A DNA stretch of 32,000 nt from Candidatus Micrarchaeota archaeon (GCA_028866775.1 JAGWHK010000001.1:14007-46006), one strand, 5' to 3'. Shown: positions 6,970 to 14,702, counted from the stretch's first letter. A program made the numbers and translations. Notes: a model not told the origin generated them from the sequence alone.

Positions 6970-7797
6970 TCAGCTTATTGAGGTCTCGTTGAGCTTCAGG
7001 CTTCCAGTAACTTGCTGGCTCTTGAAAGACCCATAGATTGTCAATGGGACAAACTTGCTGTTGTCCATGCACAGGCTGAACGTTCCTGCTCCAGATTCGG
7101 AAGGCTGGGAGAGGATGCCTTGTATCACTGTGCATGGAATTCCCCTGTACTTGCTCTCATACACACTCTTGATGTTCATGCTGATCCCATGACTTGACAA
7201 AGAGCTAAAATTGAAGAATTCGATTTGGGTGGAAGTTATGCCGTCTTCACCGGCAGGGCTGCATGACAGGCCGCTTTTGCTGCGGGCATTGAGATAGCTC
7301 TTGTCCTGTATGGCGGTCAGGTTGAAGTTCGCGCAGAGAGACAGGGAGCCGCTCTTGTTGACCAGTTCCAGCACGCCCGAACCTATGAACGGAATGCTCG
7401 TCATGTTTGCTTCCATTGTGAAGCTGTTTCCTGATTTCGAGTAATTGATTACTATCGGGGTGCTCAGCGATACGAACGCGCCCAATCCCGAAAGGTGGCC
7501 GTAAACCTGGCCCCTATATTTTATGTCCAGATTTGTCGTGTTTGAGATGTGGGAGCGGATCATGGATGATATCAGGGCGCTTGCCTGCGTGCCGCTCAAT
7601 GCCTCAAGGTTGGAGAATTGTACCGGAACCGATGCATTTGTGTGCGGGAGTGCAGGAGGCGAAATGGCCTTGGAGCTGTTTATAATGTAGGAGGCAAGGA
7701 ATACGGCGGCTACTACAATGACAACTGCAAGCGCGCCCAGCTTGAACAGGCTGTGGCCCTTTGATTGCCCTTTCACTTTTTCTGACTTCGCCTTCAA
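6970..7797 (-). CDS. Hypothetical membrane-anchored extracellular protein (275 aa), sequon-rich
   Basis: Basic N-terminus followed by the TM segment LGALAVVIVVAAVFLASYI. It has many N-x-S/T sites. The start codon at 7797 is TTG (an alternative GTG is at 7776); there is no ATG upstream of the TM. TATA-like CTTAAATC lies ~30 nt upstream. Confidence 0.6.
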   Translation of the reverse strand: MKAKSEKVKGQSKGHSLFKLGALAVVIVVAAVFLASYIINSSKAISPPALPHTNASVPVQFSNLEALSGTQASALISSMIRSHISNTTNLDIKYRGQVYGHLSGLGAFVSLSTPIVINYSKSGNSFTMEANMTSIPFIGSGVLELVNKSGSLSLCANFNLTAIQDKSYLNARSKSGLSCSPAGEDGITSTQIEFFNFSSLSSHGISMNIKSVYESKYRGIPCTVIQGILSQPSESGAGTFSLCMDNSKFVPLTIYGSFKSQQVTGSLKLNETSIS

Positions 7798-7857
7798 GTG
7801 ACCACGCTACCCTTTCTGTAACAAGATTTAAGTAGGTATGGTGAAGGCCTATCAGAG

Positions 7858-7882
7858 CCCAGAGGGCATGTTGCCCTTTGGG
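7858..7882. other. Strong hairpin in a 200-nt intergenic region
   Basis: CCCAGAGGGCA-tgt-TGCCCTTTGGG forms an 11-bp stem (one G:U) with a 3-nt loop. A second small hairpin, CCCAAG-tctc-CTTGGG, lies at 7941-7956. Confidence 0.35.
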
Positions 7883-7970
7883 GTGACCGGCAAAGCGAGC
7901 GGCGCGGTATTCGTATGCTCCACACCATGCTTGACAAATGCCCAAGTCTCCTTGGGACAAGGCTTGAAAG

Positions 7971-7982
7971 GTATATATATGG
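7971..7982 (+). promoter_or_regulatory. TATA box for the ABC transporter operon
   Basis: GTATATATATGG is centred ~25 nt upstream of ATG 8001. This favours 8001 over the GTG at 7986 as the start. Confidence 0.45.
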
Positions 7983-8000
7983 CCCGTGAGGATACTGCAC

Positions 8001-8900
8001 ATGCGGAGCGACATAAGCGTAAAGTCTGCGGTGAAGTCCTTCGGGAAGACCGTGGCCCTTAGCCGCGTAGATTTCTCATCAGCAAAAGGCATGAACATGA
8101 TACTCGGCCCGAACGGCGCCGGGAAGAGCACGCTGCTCAGATGCATAGACGGCCTCTACCATGTCGATTCTGGATCGGTCACGGTTCTGGGCGAGAATCC
8201 CTACAAGAACACCAGGATGAAAGACAAAATATCCCTCCTCACGGACAACTACGCGCTTTACGACTTCATGACCGTTCGCGACAACCTCAAGTTCTTCGGC
8301 AGGCTATATGGACTTGGGGGCGGAGAGACGATCTCCATTGCGAAGGATGTTCTTGCAAGGCTGGACGCCACGGAGTACATAGACAGGAAGGTCGCTGAGC
8401 TCAGCAGGGGCACGAAGCAGAAGGTCGCCTTCTGCAGGGCGGTCCTGAACGACCCGGATATCCTCCTGCTCGACGAGCCGACAGCATTCCTGGACGCCCA
8501 TTCGGCTGAGGCGATGAGGAGGATACTGCTCGATTGTGAGAAAAGGGGCAAGACGATCCTGCTTGTGACTCAGAAGCTGGACGAGGTCACAAGGTTCAAC
8601 GCCAAGATCGCGATAATAAGGAAGGGAAAAATGGTTAAGGAGACAAGCACAGAGGGGCTCTACAGCCTTGTGCTGAAGAAGGTGAATGTGGACTTCAGGC
8701 TTGCAAGGCCGCTCGCCTTGAAGCAGGCAAGAAGGATCAGGGGATTCTACAGGGCAAATTCCGATAATGCGACCCTCATCAGCTTCAGGGTCTCGAACTA
8801 CAAAGACATAAACAGGATACTAAAGTCCCTGATGGGTTTCGGGGCGATAATAGCAAGCGTCGATTACGTTGAACATCTGATAGATGACCTGTCGGCATGA
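8001..8900 (+). CDS. ABC transporter ATP-binding protein (ABC-2/DrrA-like, with C-terminal accessory domain)
   Basis: Walker A GPNGAGKST, signature LSRGTKQK, Walker B ILLLDEPTAFLD. A ~90-aa C-terminal extension is typical of ABC-2-type ATPases. Confidence 0.9.
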   Translation: MRSDISVKSAVKSFGKTVALSRVDFSSAKGMNMILGPNGAGKSTLLRCIDGLYHVDSGSVTVLGENPYKNTRMKDKISLLTDNYALYDFMTVRDNLKFFGRLYGLGGGETISIAKDVLARLDATEYIDRKVAELSRGTKQKVAFCRAVLNDPDILLLDEPTAFLDAHSAEAMRRILLDCEKRGKTILLVTQKLDEVTRFNAKIAIIRKGKMVKETSTEGLYSLVLKKVNVDFRLARPLALKQARRIRGFYRANSDNATLISFRVSNYKDINRILKSLMGFGAIIASVDYVEHLIDDLSA

Positions 8901-8904
8901 TACT

Positions 8905-9687
8905 ATGGACTTTGGAAAGGTCTGGGCGATAGCAATCAAGGATCTGCTTGAGGTTTTCAGCAGCCCGTCAATCTATGGGCCGATGCTCGGGGTACCCCTC
9001 TTCTTCGCCATTGTGCTGCCGTTCCTGACCTTCTACGTGGCGCAGTACGGGGCCCCGCAGCTTGCCTCCAAGATAGCCGCGGTGCCTGTCGCCCTTCTGG
9101 GGCAGTCGGCAACCGGCGGCCTGATATTCATGTCCTTCTTCGCGGTCAGCGTACTAGGACCTATCTTCCTGACGATGCCGATATTCACCGCAACGGTCAT
9201 AGCCGCGGACAGCTTCGCCGGGGAGAAGGAGAGGAAGACCTCAGAGGCGCTGCTTGCAACGCCGGTGAGCACAGGGGAGCTCCTGCTCGGCAAGGTTATG
9301 GCATCATTCATACCTGCGGTACTTCTCACCCTGATGATATTCCTCATCTACGGATACACGGTCAATACTCTTGCGATACAGAGCTTCCACAAGGGCGTTC
9401 TCCCAACCGCGCCATGGCTGATGATGCTCCTCACGGCACCGTTCCTTGCCGTGGCCGCGATAGGGCTCGTCGTCTTGGTCTCATCGCACGTGAAGGGCAT
9501 CAAGGAGGCGCAGCAGGTGAGCACGATACTCGTGCTCCCGATACTTGTGATGCCGTTCATATCGATACTTGGGCTCGCGAACCTGACGGTCTCCTTCTTC
9601 TCGTGGGTTATCGTAGTCCTCCTGATAGCTGACACACTGATACTCTACATTGGAGTGAAGACCTTCAGGAAGGAGAATATATTGTGA
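8905..9687 (+). CDS. ABC-2 type transporter permease
   Basis: Starts MDFGKVWAIAIKDLLEVFSSPSIYG, a typical ABC-2 permease N-terminus. It has 6 hydrophobic segments. ATG 8905 lies 4 nt after the ATPase stop; an alternative ATG at 8884 overlaps it. Confidence 0.85.
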   Translation: MDFGKVWAIAIKDLLEVFSSPSIYGPMLGVPLFFAIVLPFLTFYVAQYGAPQLASKIAAVPVALLGQSATGGLIFMSFFAVSVLGPIFLTMPIFTATVIAADSFAGEKERKTSEALLATPVSTGELLLGKVMASFIPAVLLTLMIFLIYGYTVNTLAIQSFHKGVLPTAPWLMMLLTAPFLAVAAIGLVVLVSSHVKGIKEAQQVSTILVLPILVMPFISILGLANLTVSFFSWVIVVLLIADTLILYIGVKTFRKENIL

Positions 9688-9725
9688 TTCCTTAGGGTGT
9701 TATTCCAACGTCTACCCCCGGATTT

Positions 9726-9741
9726 AAATTAAAATAAAAAA
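9726..9741 (-). terminator. Oligo-T terminator for the YciI-like gene
   Basis: The minus strand reads TTTTTTATTTTAATTT, 15 nt downstream of the stop at 9756. Confidence 0.4.
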
Positions 9742-9755
9742 GGAGAAGAAGGGGA

Positions 9756-10094
9756 TTACATCGGCATGTCGATGCATTCCCTGACGATGGTCGGCCCCAT
9801 GTTCTGCTTTGCATGTGGTGTGGCCTGGGCTATCTTGACCGCCTCCTCCATCGAGTCCGCCTTTATTATCAGGTATCCACCGACATCGTTGGTCTTGGCC
9901 TTGTAGTCCTTTACGCTCCTCTTCCTGGCGATCTTTCCGCTTCTCTGCACCGGGAGGCCTCCTTCCATCTTCCCCTGCCTGTGCAGCTCGCCCAGGAATT
10001 CCCTCCATGGCTTTATTCCAGCCTCCGCCTGCTGAGGATCTGTCGGCATCGGCATCTCCTTGTTCAGCATCAAGAGTAGGTATCTCTTGGTCAT
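9756..10094 (-). CDS. YciI-like (YCII/DGPF family) protein
   Basis: MTKRYLLLMLNKE...WREFLGELHRQGKMEGGLPV...DVGGYLIIKADSMEEAVKIAQATP fits the YCII pattern. ATG at 10094 (the track start 10103 is GTG). TATA CTTTTAAATC lies ~34 nt upstream. Confidence 0.75.
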   Translation of the reverse strand: MTKRYLLLMLNKEMPMPTDPQQAEAGIKPWREFLGELHRQGKMEGGLPVQRSGKIARKRSVKDYKAKTNDVGGYLIIKADSMEEAVKIAQATPHAKQNMGPTIVRECIDMPM

Positions 10095-10196
10095 AGAAAT
10101 CACAATATTATTTACGTGGTTAAGATTTAAAAGGGGTGCAGGATACCTCTCCTGATATTGATGGATTTAAATATTATCCATATGCTAGGTTATTTC

Positions 10197-10418
10197 ATGC
10201 AGATGGGGGAAAGGAAACCTTTTGCAGACAAGACGCTTACAGTCCTGACAAAGTCCAAGCACTCCCCTCTCGATTTGGCCCACATCAAGCGCGAGGCCGA
10301 GGAGCACTACCTTCCGCTCAGGGGACTCGGCATAATCGTTGTCTCGGAGGATTGCGGGAGCGACACCTGGGCGTTGTTCCTTAGGAGCAGTGTCGAGGCC
10401 GCCGACCACAGGAAATAG
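10197..10418 (+). CDS. Hypothetical small protein (73 aa)
   Basis: In-frame ATG at 10197, about 26 nt downstream of the TATA ATTTAAATATTAT (10165-10177). The track ORF begins at TTG 10158. No motif recognised. Confidence 0.4.
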   Translation: MQMGERKPFADKTLTVLTKSKHSPLDLAHIKREAEEHYLPLRGLGIIVVSEDCGSDTWALFLRSSVEAADHRK

Positions 10419-10472
10419 GAAAGGGAAGCAATATATATTGTATCGGCGGTAAGCTTTATCTGGTGAAACGAT

Positions 10473-10712
10473 ATGGCACATGCGGAAATCAACCTTTCTG
10501 GAAGTGTCAGGAGGATGCTCGAGGAGAGCATGACCAAGGAGCTCGGGCATGCCCCGAACGAAGACCAGCTGGCCAATAAGGTCGACCAGCTCAGGAGGCA
10601 GAACGTGCAGCTTACCCCATCAGGACTCGGGGTATACCTCGCTTCGCTCCGGACCGGCAGGATGGTGTCGGGTGCGAACCAGGCCCAGTCCCGTGCAAGG
10701 CTCAGGTCTTAA
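10473..10712 (+). CDS. Hypothetical small protein (79 aa)
   Basis: ATG preceded by GGTGA (10462-10466) and the TATA AATATATATT (10430-10439). No motif recognised. Confidence 0.45.
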   Translation: MAHAEINLSGSVRRMLEESMTKELGHAPNEDQLANKVDQLRRQNVQLTPSGLGVYLASLRTGRMVSGANQAQSRARLRS

Positions 10713-10778
10713 TCACGACGACAAACCCGTGCAAACTTATATATATTAGGCCTGCCCAAGCGTATTGGGTAAGGGTAT

Positions 10779-12662
10779 ATGCACAGGCATAGGAGCAGCC
10801 ACACGCATGAGATAGAACGCAAATTCCTAGTTAACACGATCCCCAACAGCATTGACCTGCAGGCGCTCCCAAAGAAGAGGATCCACCAGAACTACCTGAT
10901 AGTGGGCCCGGAGAGCGAGCTCAGGATAAGGCAGGAGGGTGACTCCTACCTTCTGACTGTCAAGCATGGCAACGGGCTTGTGAGGCGCCAGCCTGAGATA
11001 GCGCTGAGCCGTGAGCAGTTCGAGGCGCTCTGGGACTCCAACGGCAGCAGGCTGGAGAAAACCAGGTATTATATCCCGCTCGGAGGGGGCCAGGTCCATG
11101 TAGATGTTTATAAGGGCCCCAATCTTGAGGGTCTTGTAACCGCAGAGGTGGAGTTCGGAACAAAGGCAGAGGCGCGCCGCTTCCGACCGCCCTGGTGGTT
11201 TGGTCAGGAGGTCACCTACGACTCGGATTACAGGAACAGCGCTCTTGCGATGAGGGAGGAGCCCATACCGCAGCCCCAGAGGCTGAGCGTGCCCAGCGAG
11301 CTTGAGATCGGCTTGGAGGAGCTCTCCAGGCGGGCTGCCGCACTGCTCTTCAAGAAGGAGGAGGGGAGCATAGTCGTGCTTGTGAGTGGGGGCTCGGGCT
11401 CCGGGAAGACCACGGTGGCCGAAAGATTCGACGATAGGCTGAAGGACGATGCAGTGGTGATATCCATGGATCACTACTACAAGAGTAAGAGGAGGGCCAA
11501 TTTCGACGAACCAGATGCGGTGGACCTTGATTTGCTTGCAGAACATCTTGCCGCACTTCTCTCAGGAAAGAGCATAGAGAGACCTGTGTACGACTTCAAA
11601 ACCAGCAGCAGGCTGGACGAACACGTCACAGTTCCGCCCAAGAGAGTGCTAATAGTGGAGGGCCTTTATGCCCTGCACCCCAAGATCCGCAAGTTTGGCG
11701 ATATCTCTGTTTTCGTGGATGTGGGCGCACATGGCAGGATGATAAGGAGGCTCATCAGGGACTCGCAGCGCACCAGCATGTCGGTCTTCGAGACGCTCAG
11801 GTATGTGACGCAAGTTGCCGAGCCGATGTACAGGGAGCACATCCTGCCCACCAAGGCGTCGGCCGACATAGTGATAAGGAACGACTACGACCCAAGGAGG
11901 GAGGCAAGGGGCATAGAAACGGTCCAGTCACAGCTGAAGTACAAGGCCCCAAACCTCACGGATGAAATGCTGAGGAGGGAGGGCTTCAACAGAATCGCAA
12001 GCGTGAAGCAAAGCGACAGGTACTATGTTCCTCTGGATAGTCCGGTTGGCGGAGATGAAGTGATCATGCTCAGGGAGGAGGTGGACATTAGGAAGCTGGC
12101 CGAGGTGCTTGCCAGCCAAGCTGGAAAGTCCCTTGAAAAGTACAGCAACATGATAACAACTGAACTAAGGGAGAGGATTGAAGAGATGAAGGGGGAGGTT
12201 GAGGCTGCGATCATTAAGAACGACCTCAATGCAATGAGCGATAAGGCCAGCTCGCTGGGGATGGTCCTACAGAATGTGGGTCATGATGCCTATCCCGCTT
12301 CACTCGAGCAGGTAATATTCACATACAAGGGGCCCAGTGCACCAAGAACAGACAGCATGGAGAGGAACACGCTCAGCTTCGTGATCAACAAGGATACTGA
12401 GATGGTGCTCTCCTCAATATACAGCACGCAGCCCTCTGCCGCCATAATAAAAGACAGGGCGATCTATCATTCTGGCGGCATAGTGCTCTCGTTCGATACC
12501 AGGATAGCGGTTTGCGTGCAGTCCACCTTCCAGCCGGTGAACCACGTGGAATTCACCCTGCCGCCCGGGGCCTCAGGAAAGAAGATGGTGGAGAGGGTGG
12601 CAGCGAGGCTGGGCCTGACCCAGGCGGACCAGATCAATAAGCCTTACAGGGAAATGGCCTGA
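10779..12662 (+). CDS. Three-domain protein: CYTH (triphosphate tunnel) + uridine kinase/PRK-like P-loop kinase + second, divergent CYTH-like domain
   Basis: - N-terminal domain: the CYTH signature EIERKFLV at residues 11-18.
- Middle domain: P-loop GGSGSGKTT (204-212), ISMDHYYK, FDEPDAVDLDLL and VLIVEGLYAL, a uridine kinase/phosphoribulokinase family pattern.
- C-terminal domain (residues ~380-615): CyaB-like strand order (QSDRYY, IMLRE, FTYKGP, IKDRAIY, VLSFD, HVEF). Confidence 0.85.
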   Translation: MHRHRSSHTHEIERKFLVNTIPNSIDLQALPKKRIHQNYLIVGPESELRIRQEGDSYLLTVKHGNGLVRRQPEIALSREQFEALWDSNGSRLEKTRYYIPLGGGQVHVDVYKGPNLEGLVTAEVEFGTKAEARRFRPPWWFGQEVTYDSDYRNSALAMREEPIPQPQRLSVPSELEIGLEELSRRAAALLFKKEEGSIVVLVSGGSGSGKTTVAERFDDRLKDDAVVISMDHYYKSKRRANFDEPDAVDLDLLAEHLAALLSGKSIERPVYDFKTSSRLDEHVTVPPKRVLIVEGLYALHPKIRKFGDISVFVDVGAHGRMIRRLIRDSQRTSMSVFETLRYVTQVAEPMYREHILPTKASADIVIRNDYDPRREARGIETVQSQLKYKAPNLTDEMLRREGFNRIASVKQSDRYYVPLDSPVGGDEVIMLREEVDIRKLAEVLASQAGKSLEKYSNMITTELRERIEEMKGEVEAAIIKNDLNAMSDKASSLGMVLQNVGHDAYPASLEQVIFTYKGPSAPRTDSMERNTLSFVINKDTEMVLSSIYSTQPSAAIIKDRAIYHSGGIVLSFDTRIAVCVQSTFQPVNHVEFTLPPGASGKKMVERVAARLGLTQADQINKPYREMA

Positions 12663-12680
12663 GGGCGGCGCTCGGGAACG

Positions 12681-12690
12681 AATAAATACC
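12681..12690 (+). promoter_or_regulatory. TATA box for the hypC operon
   Basis: AATAAATACC is centred ~31 nt upstream of ATG 12716. Confidence 0.4.
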
Positions 12691-12715
12691 TGAGACGCCC
12701 TATCACTCTGATTTC

Positions 12716-12913
12716 ATGTGCCAGGCTCCGGTGGGGAAGGTTCTAGAAGTCAGGGGAGACCGCCTTGTGGTTGACGTAAAGGGCAAGAGAAGGGAGCTGC
12801 GCTCAAGGCTTCCTGGTATAGGGGTTGGCGATTATGTCTCGTTCTCCCTAGACATAGCGATAGACAGGATCGAGAAGGAGGAGGCGGAGGCAGTCTTGGA
12901 GGGGATGAAGTGA
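12716..12913 (+). CDS. hypC: [NiFe]-hydrogenase maturation chaperone HypC/HupF family
   Basis: 65 aa starting MCQAPVGKVLEV (the essential Cys2). The short OB-fold-like pattern and C-terminal helix EKEEAEAVLEGM are present. Confidence 0.85.
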   Translation: MCQAPVGKVLEVRGDRLVVDVKGKRRELRSRLPGIGVGDYVSFSLDIAIDRIEKEEAEAVLEGMK

Positions 12914-13464
12914 ACGATGAGGCAAGGATAGTATTCACTAGATACGCGATCCCTTGTTCCGGGACGATAATAGAGAGGGGCAAGATGACAAGGGAGCAGG
13001 TCGACAGGCTCACAGAGCTTGTGACAGATGGAAGGGCTCCCGAAGACGGCGTCGAGAGGATGTATCCAGTCGCGGATGCGATGTGCAAGCTGGTCGCAAG
13101 ACAGATGGGGAAGAGCGAGATTGACGCTGAGGTTGTGAGGGAGTATTTCCTGATCAGGCACAGCGCAGTGGTCGACGAGCGCTACGAGCTGATGAGGGAC
13201 TTCGACCCCAATGAGTGCAGGACCTATCCCGGAAAGGTGGTCGCTGTCAATGACGGCCAAGCAATCGTGGAGACCTCAAGGGGCAGGAGAGCTTACAAGA
13301 CAGTGCTTGCCCGGGATGTGGGGCCAAATGACTTAGTATCGGTGCACTTCGATTTCGTCGTTGAGAGGATAACAGAGCAGATGGCGGAGAGGATGAGGAA
13401 GGTGGCGTCAAATGAGAAAGGAGCAAAAGGGCATAATACTCGCAATCTTAGCCGCAGTATTTAG
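12910..13464 (+). CDS. HypC-like domain protein with a ~100-aa N-terminal extension
   Basis: GTG 12910 overlaps the hypC stop (GTGA). The C-terminal half, CRTYPGKVVAVNDGQAIVETSRGRRAYKTVLARDVGPNDLVSVHFDFVVERITEQMAERM, aligns by eye to HypC (C-x3-PGxV...VHxGFA..I.E..A). The N-terminal 102 aa are unrecognised. Confidence 0.7.
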   Translation: MNDEARIVFTRYAIPCSGTIIERGKMTREQVDRLTELVTDGRAPEDGVERMYPVADAMCKLVARQMGKSEIDAEVVREYFLIRHSAVVDERYELMRDFDPNECRTYPGKVVAVNDGQAIVETSRGRRAYKTVLARDVGPNDLVSVHFDFVVERITEQMAERMRKVASNEKGAKGHNTRNLSRSI

Positions 13465-14320
13465 CGGAGTAGCCATCCCGGCCAACAAGTTCTTCATAGT
13501 CAGCCTCAGCCCGGCGGTCTTCACCGCGGTGAGGGCCCTGATCATAGGAGTTGTATTCTTCGCGATAGCGTCGTATCAGGCGCGGAGGGGACACAGGAGC
13601 TTCAAGAAAGTGCCGTGGAAGTACCTCATTGCAATAGCAGTAATCGGTGGCGCTGCGGCATTCCTTCTGTATTTCACAGGGCTCAAGCTCACGACCGCAG
13701 GGAGGGCCGCCTTCCTCTACCACTCCGTGCTCACGATATTCACCGTGGTTCTGGCAGCCGCGTTCCTGAGCGAGAGGGTAGACAGGAGAATGGCCATGGC
13801 GCTCGGCGTGATGCTCATCGGCACCATAGTACTCTACGTCTCGCAGGTTCAGCCATCGCAACTCTGGTCAAATCCCAACCTTGGGGACCTGCTCATAATA
13901 GTCGCGTCAGTATTATGGGCCGTAGAGTACGTGATATCCAGGAAGGCCATGACGATGGGCGAGACCAACTTCGTGGTCTCGTTCGCCAGGATGTTCTTCG
14001 GGGGGCTGATACTCTTCGGGTTTGTCATAGTCACAGGAAACGCAGCTGCGTTGCTGAAGCTGTCGTTCCAGCAGTGGACAAACATAGGAGTGTCGACCCT
14101 GTTGCTTTTTGGTGACATACTCTGCTGGTACTGGAGCATCAGGTACATCAACGTGTCGAAGGCCAGTATCCTGCTGCTCCTTGCGCCGGTCATATCGCTG
14201 GTTGGTGGGAGCCTGTTTCTCAACGAGCCGGCGCCGCTGCTGCAGCTCGCGGGGTCCGCAGTTATACTAATCGGGGCTTATATTGTAATTGGTGTCAAGA
14301 GTGAGCAGGGAAAGGGTTAG
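13412..14320 (+). CDS. EamA/DMT-superfamily transporter (10 TM)
   Basis: 302 aa made of two EamA-like halves of hydrophobic helices: AILAAVFSGVAIPANKF... and ...ASVLWAVEYVISRK... . It overlaps the preceding gene by 53 nt. Confidence 0.85.
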   Translation: MRKEQKGIILAILAAVFSGVAIPANKFFIVSLSPAVFTAVRALIIGVVFFAIASYQARRGHRSFKKVPWKYLIAIAVIGGAAAFLLYFTGLKLTTAGRAAFLYHSVLTIFTVVLAAAFLSERVDRRMAMALGVMLIGTIVLYVSQVQPSQLWSNPNLGDLLIIVASVLWAVEYVISRKAMTMGETNFVVSFARMFFGGLILFGFVIVTGNAAALLKLSFQQWTNIGVSTLLLFGDILCWYWSIRYINVSKASILLLLAPVISLVGGSLFLNEPAPLLQLAGSAVILIGAYIVIGVKSEQGKG

Positions 14321-14702
14321 GTTTCTGGTCTTCGGGAACCCGATGCTGAGGATCGACAGCATGCCGATTCGGCTGATGCCTGATCTGAGGAAAAGGTTCC
14401 CGCAATTCGAGTTCGTGGAGTTCGACCCAAATGAGAATCTTGAGAGGGAGGGCAGGACGCTCGAAATCATAGACTCGGTGGAAGGAATAGATAAGGTCAC
14501 GCTCATCACAGACATCGATTCCATACAGCCCTCACCAGTTGTATCGATGCACGACTTTGACCTCGGGTATTCGCTCAGGCTGCTGAAGAAGCTCAAGCTC
14601 ATCGACAGCGTGAGGATATTCGGCGTCCCTATGGGGATGAAGAAGGCAGAGGCTTTCAGACAGCTTTCTAAGATCATCGCCGCTTCCGGGACGTTGGGGT
14701 AA
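14289..14702 (+). CDS. Hydrogenase maturation endopeptidase (HycI/HybD/FrhD family)
   Basis: FLVFGNPMLRIDSMP aligns with VGNxxxGDDGxG, LEIIDSV with the vDA motif, and SMHDFDL with the H motif. The track start 14289 is TTG; GTG 14292 or 14301 are equally possible. It overlaps the EamA 3' end. Confidence 0.7.
   Translation: MVSRVSRERVRFLVFGNPMLRIDSMPIRLMPDLRKRFPQFEFVEFDPNENLEREGRTLEIIDSVEGIDKVTLITDIDSIQPSPVVSMHDFDLGYSLRLLKKLKLIDSVRIFGVPMGMKKAEAFRQLSKIIAASGTLG

Noticed and set aside
6351-8000. Integrated mobile element at tRNA-Pro
   Set aside because: There is no integrase, transposase or viral gene. The only resemblance to the tRNA 3' half downstream (CAAGTCTCCTTGGG versus CAAATCTCCTACTCC) is weak. 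It is kept only as a low-interest remnant hypothesis.
7604-8146. 180-aa minus-strand ORF spanning the intergenic region and the ABC ATPase start
   Set aside because: It overlaps two better-supported genes and the promoter region. It has no motif or sensible start context.
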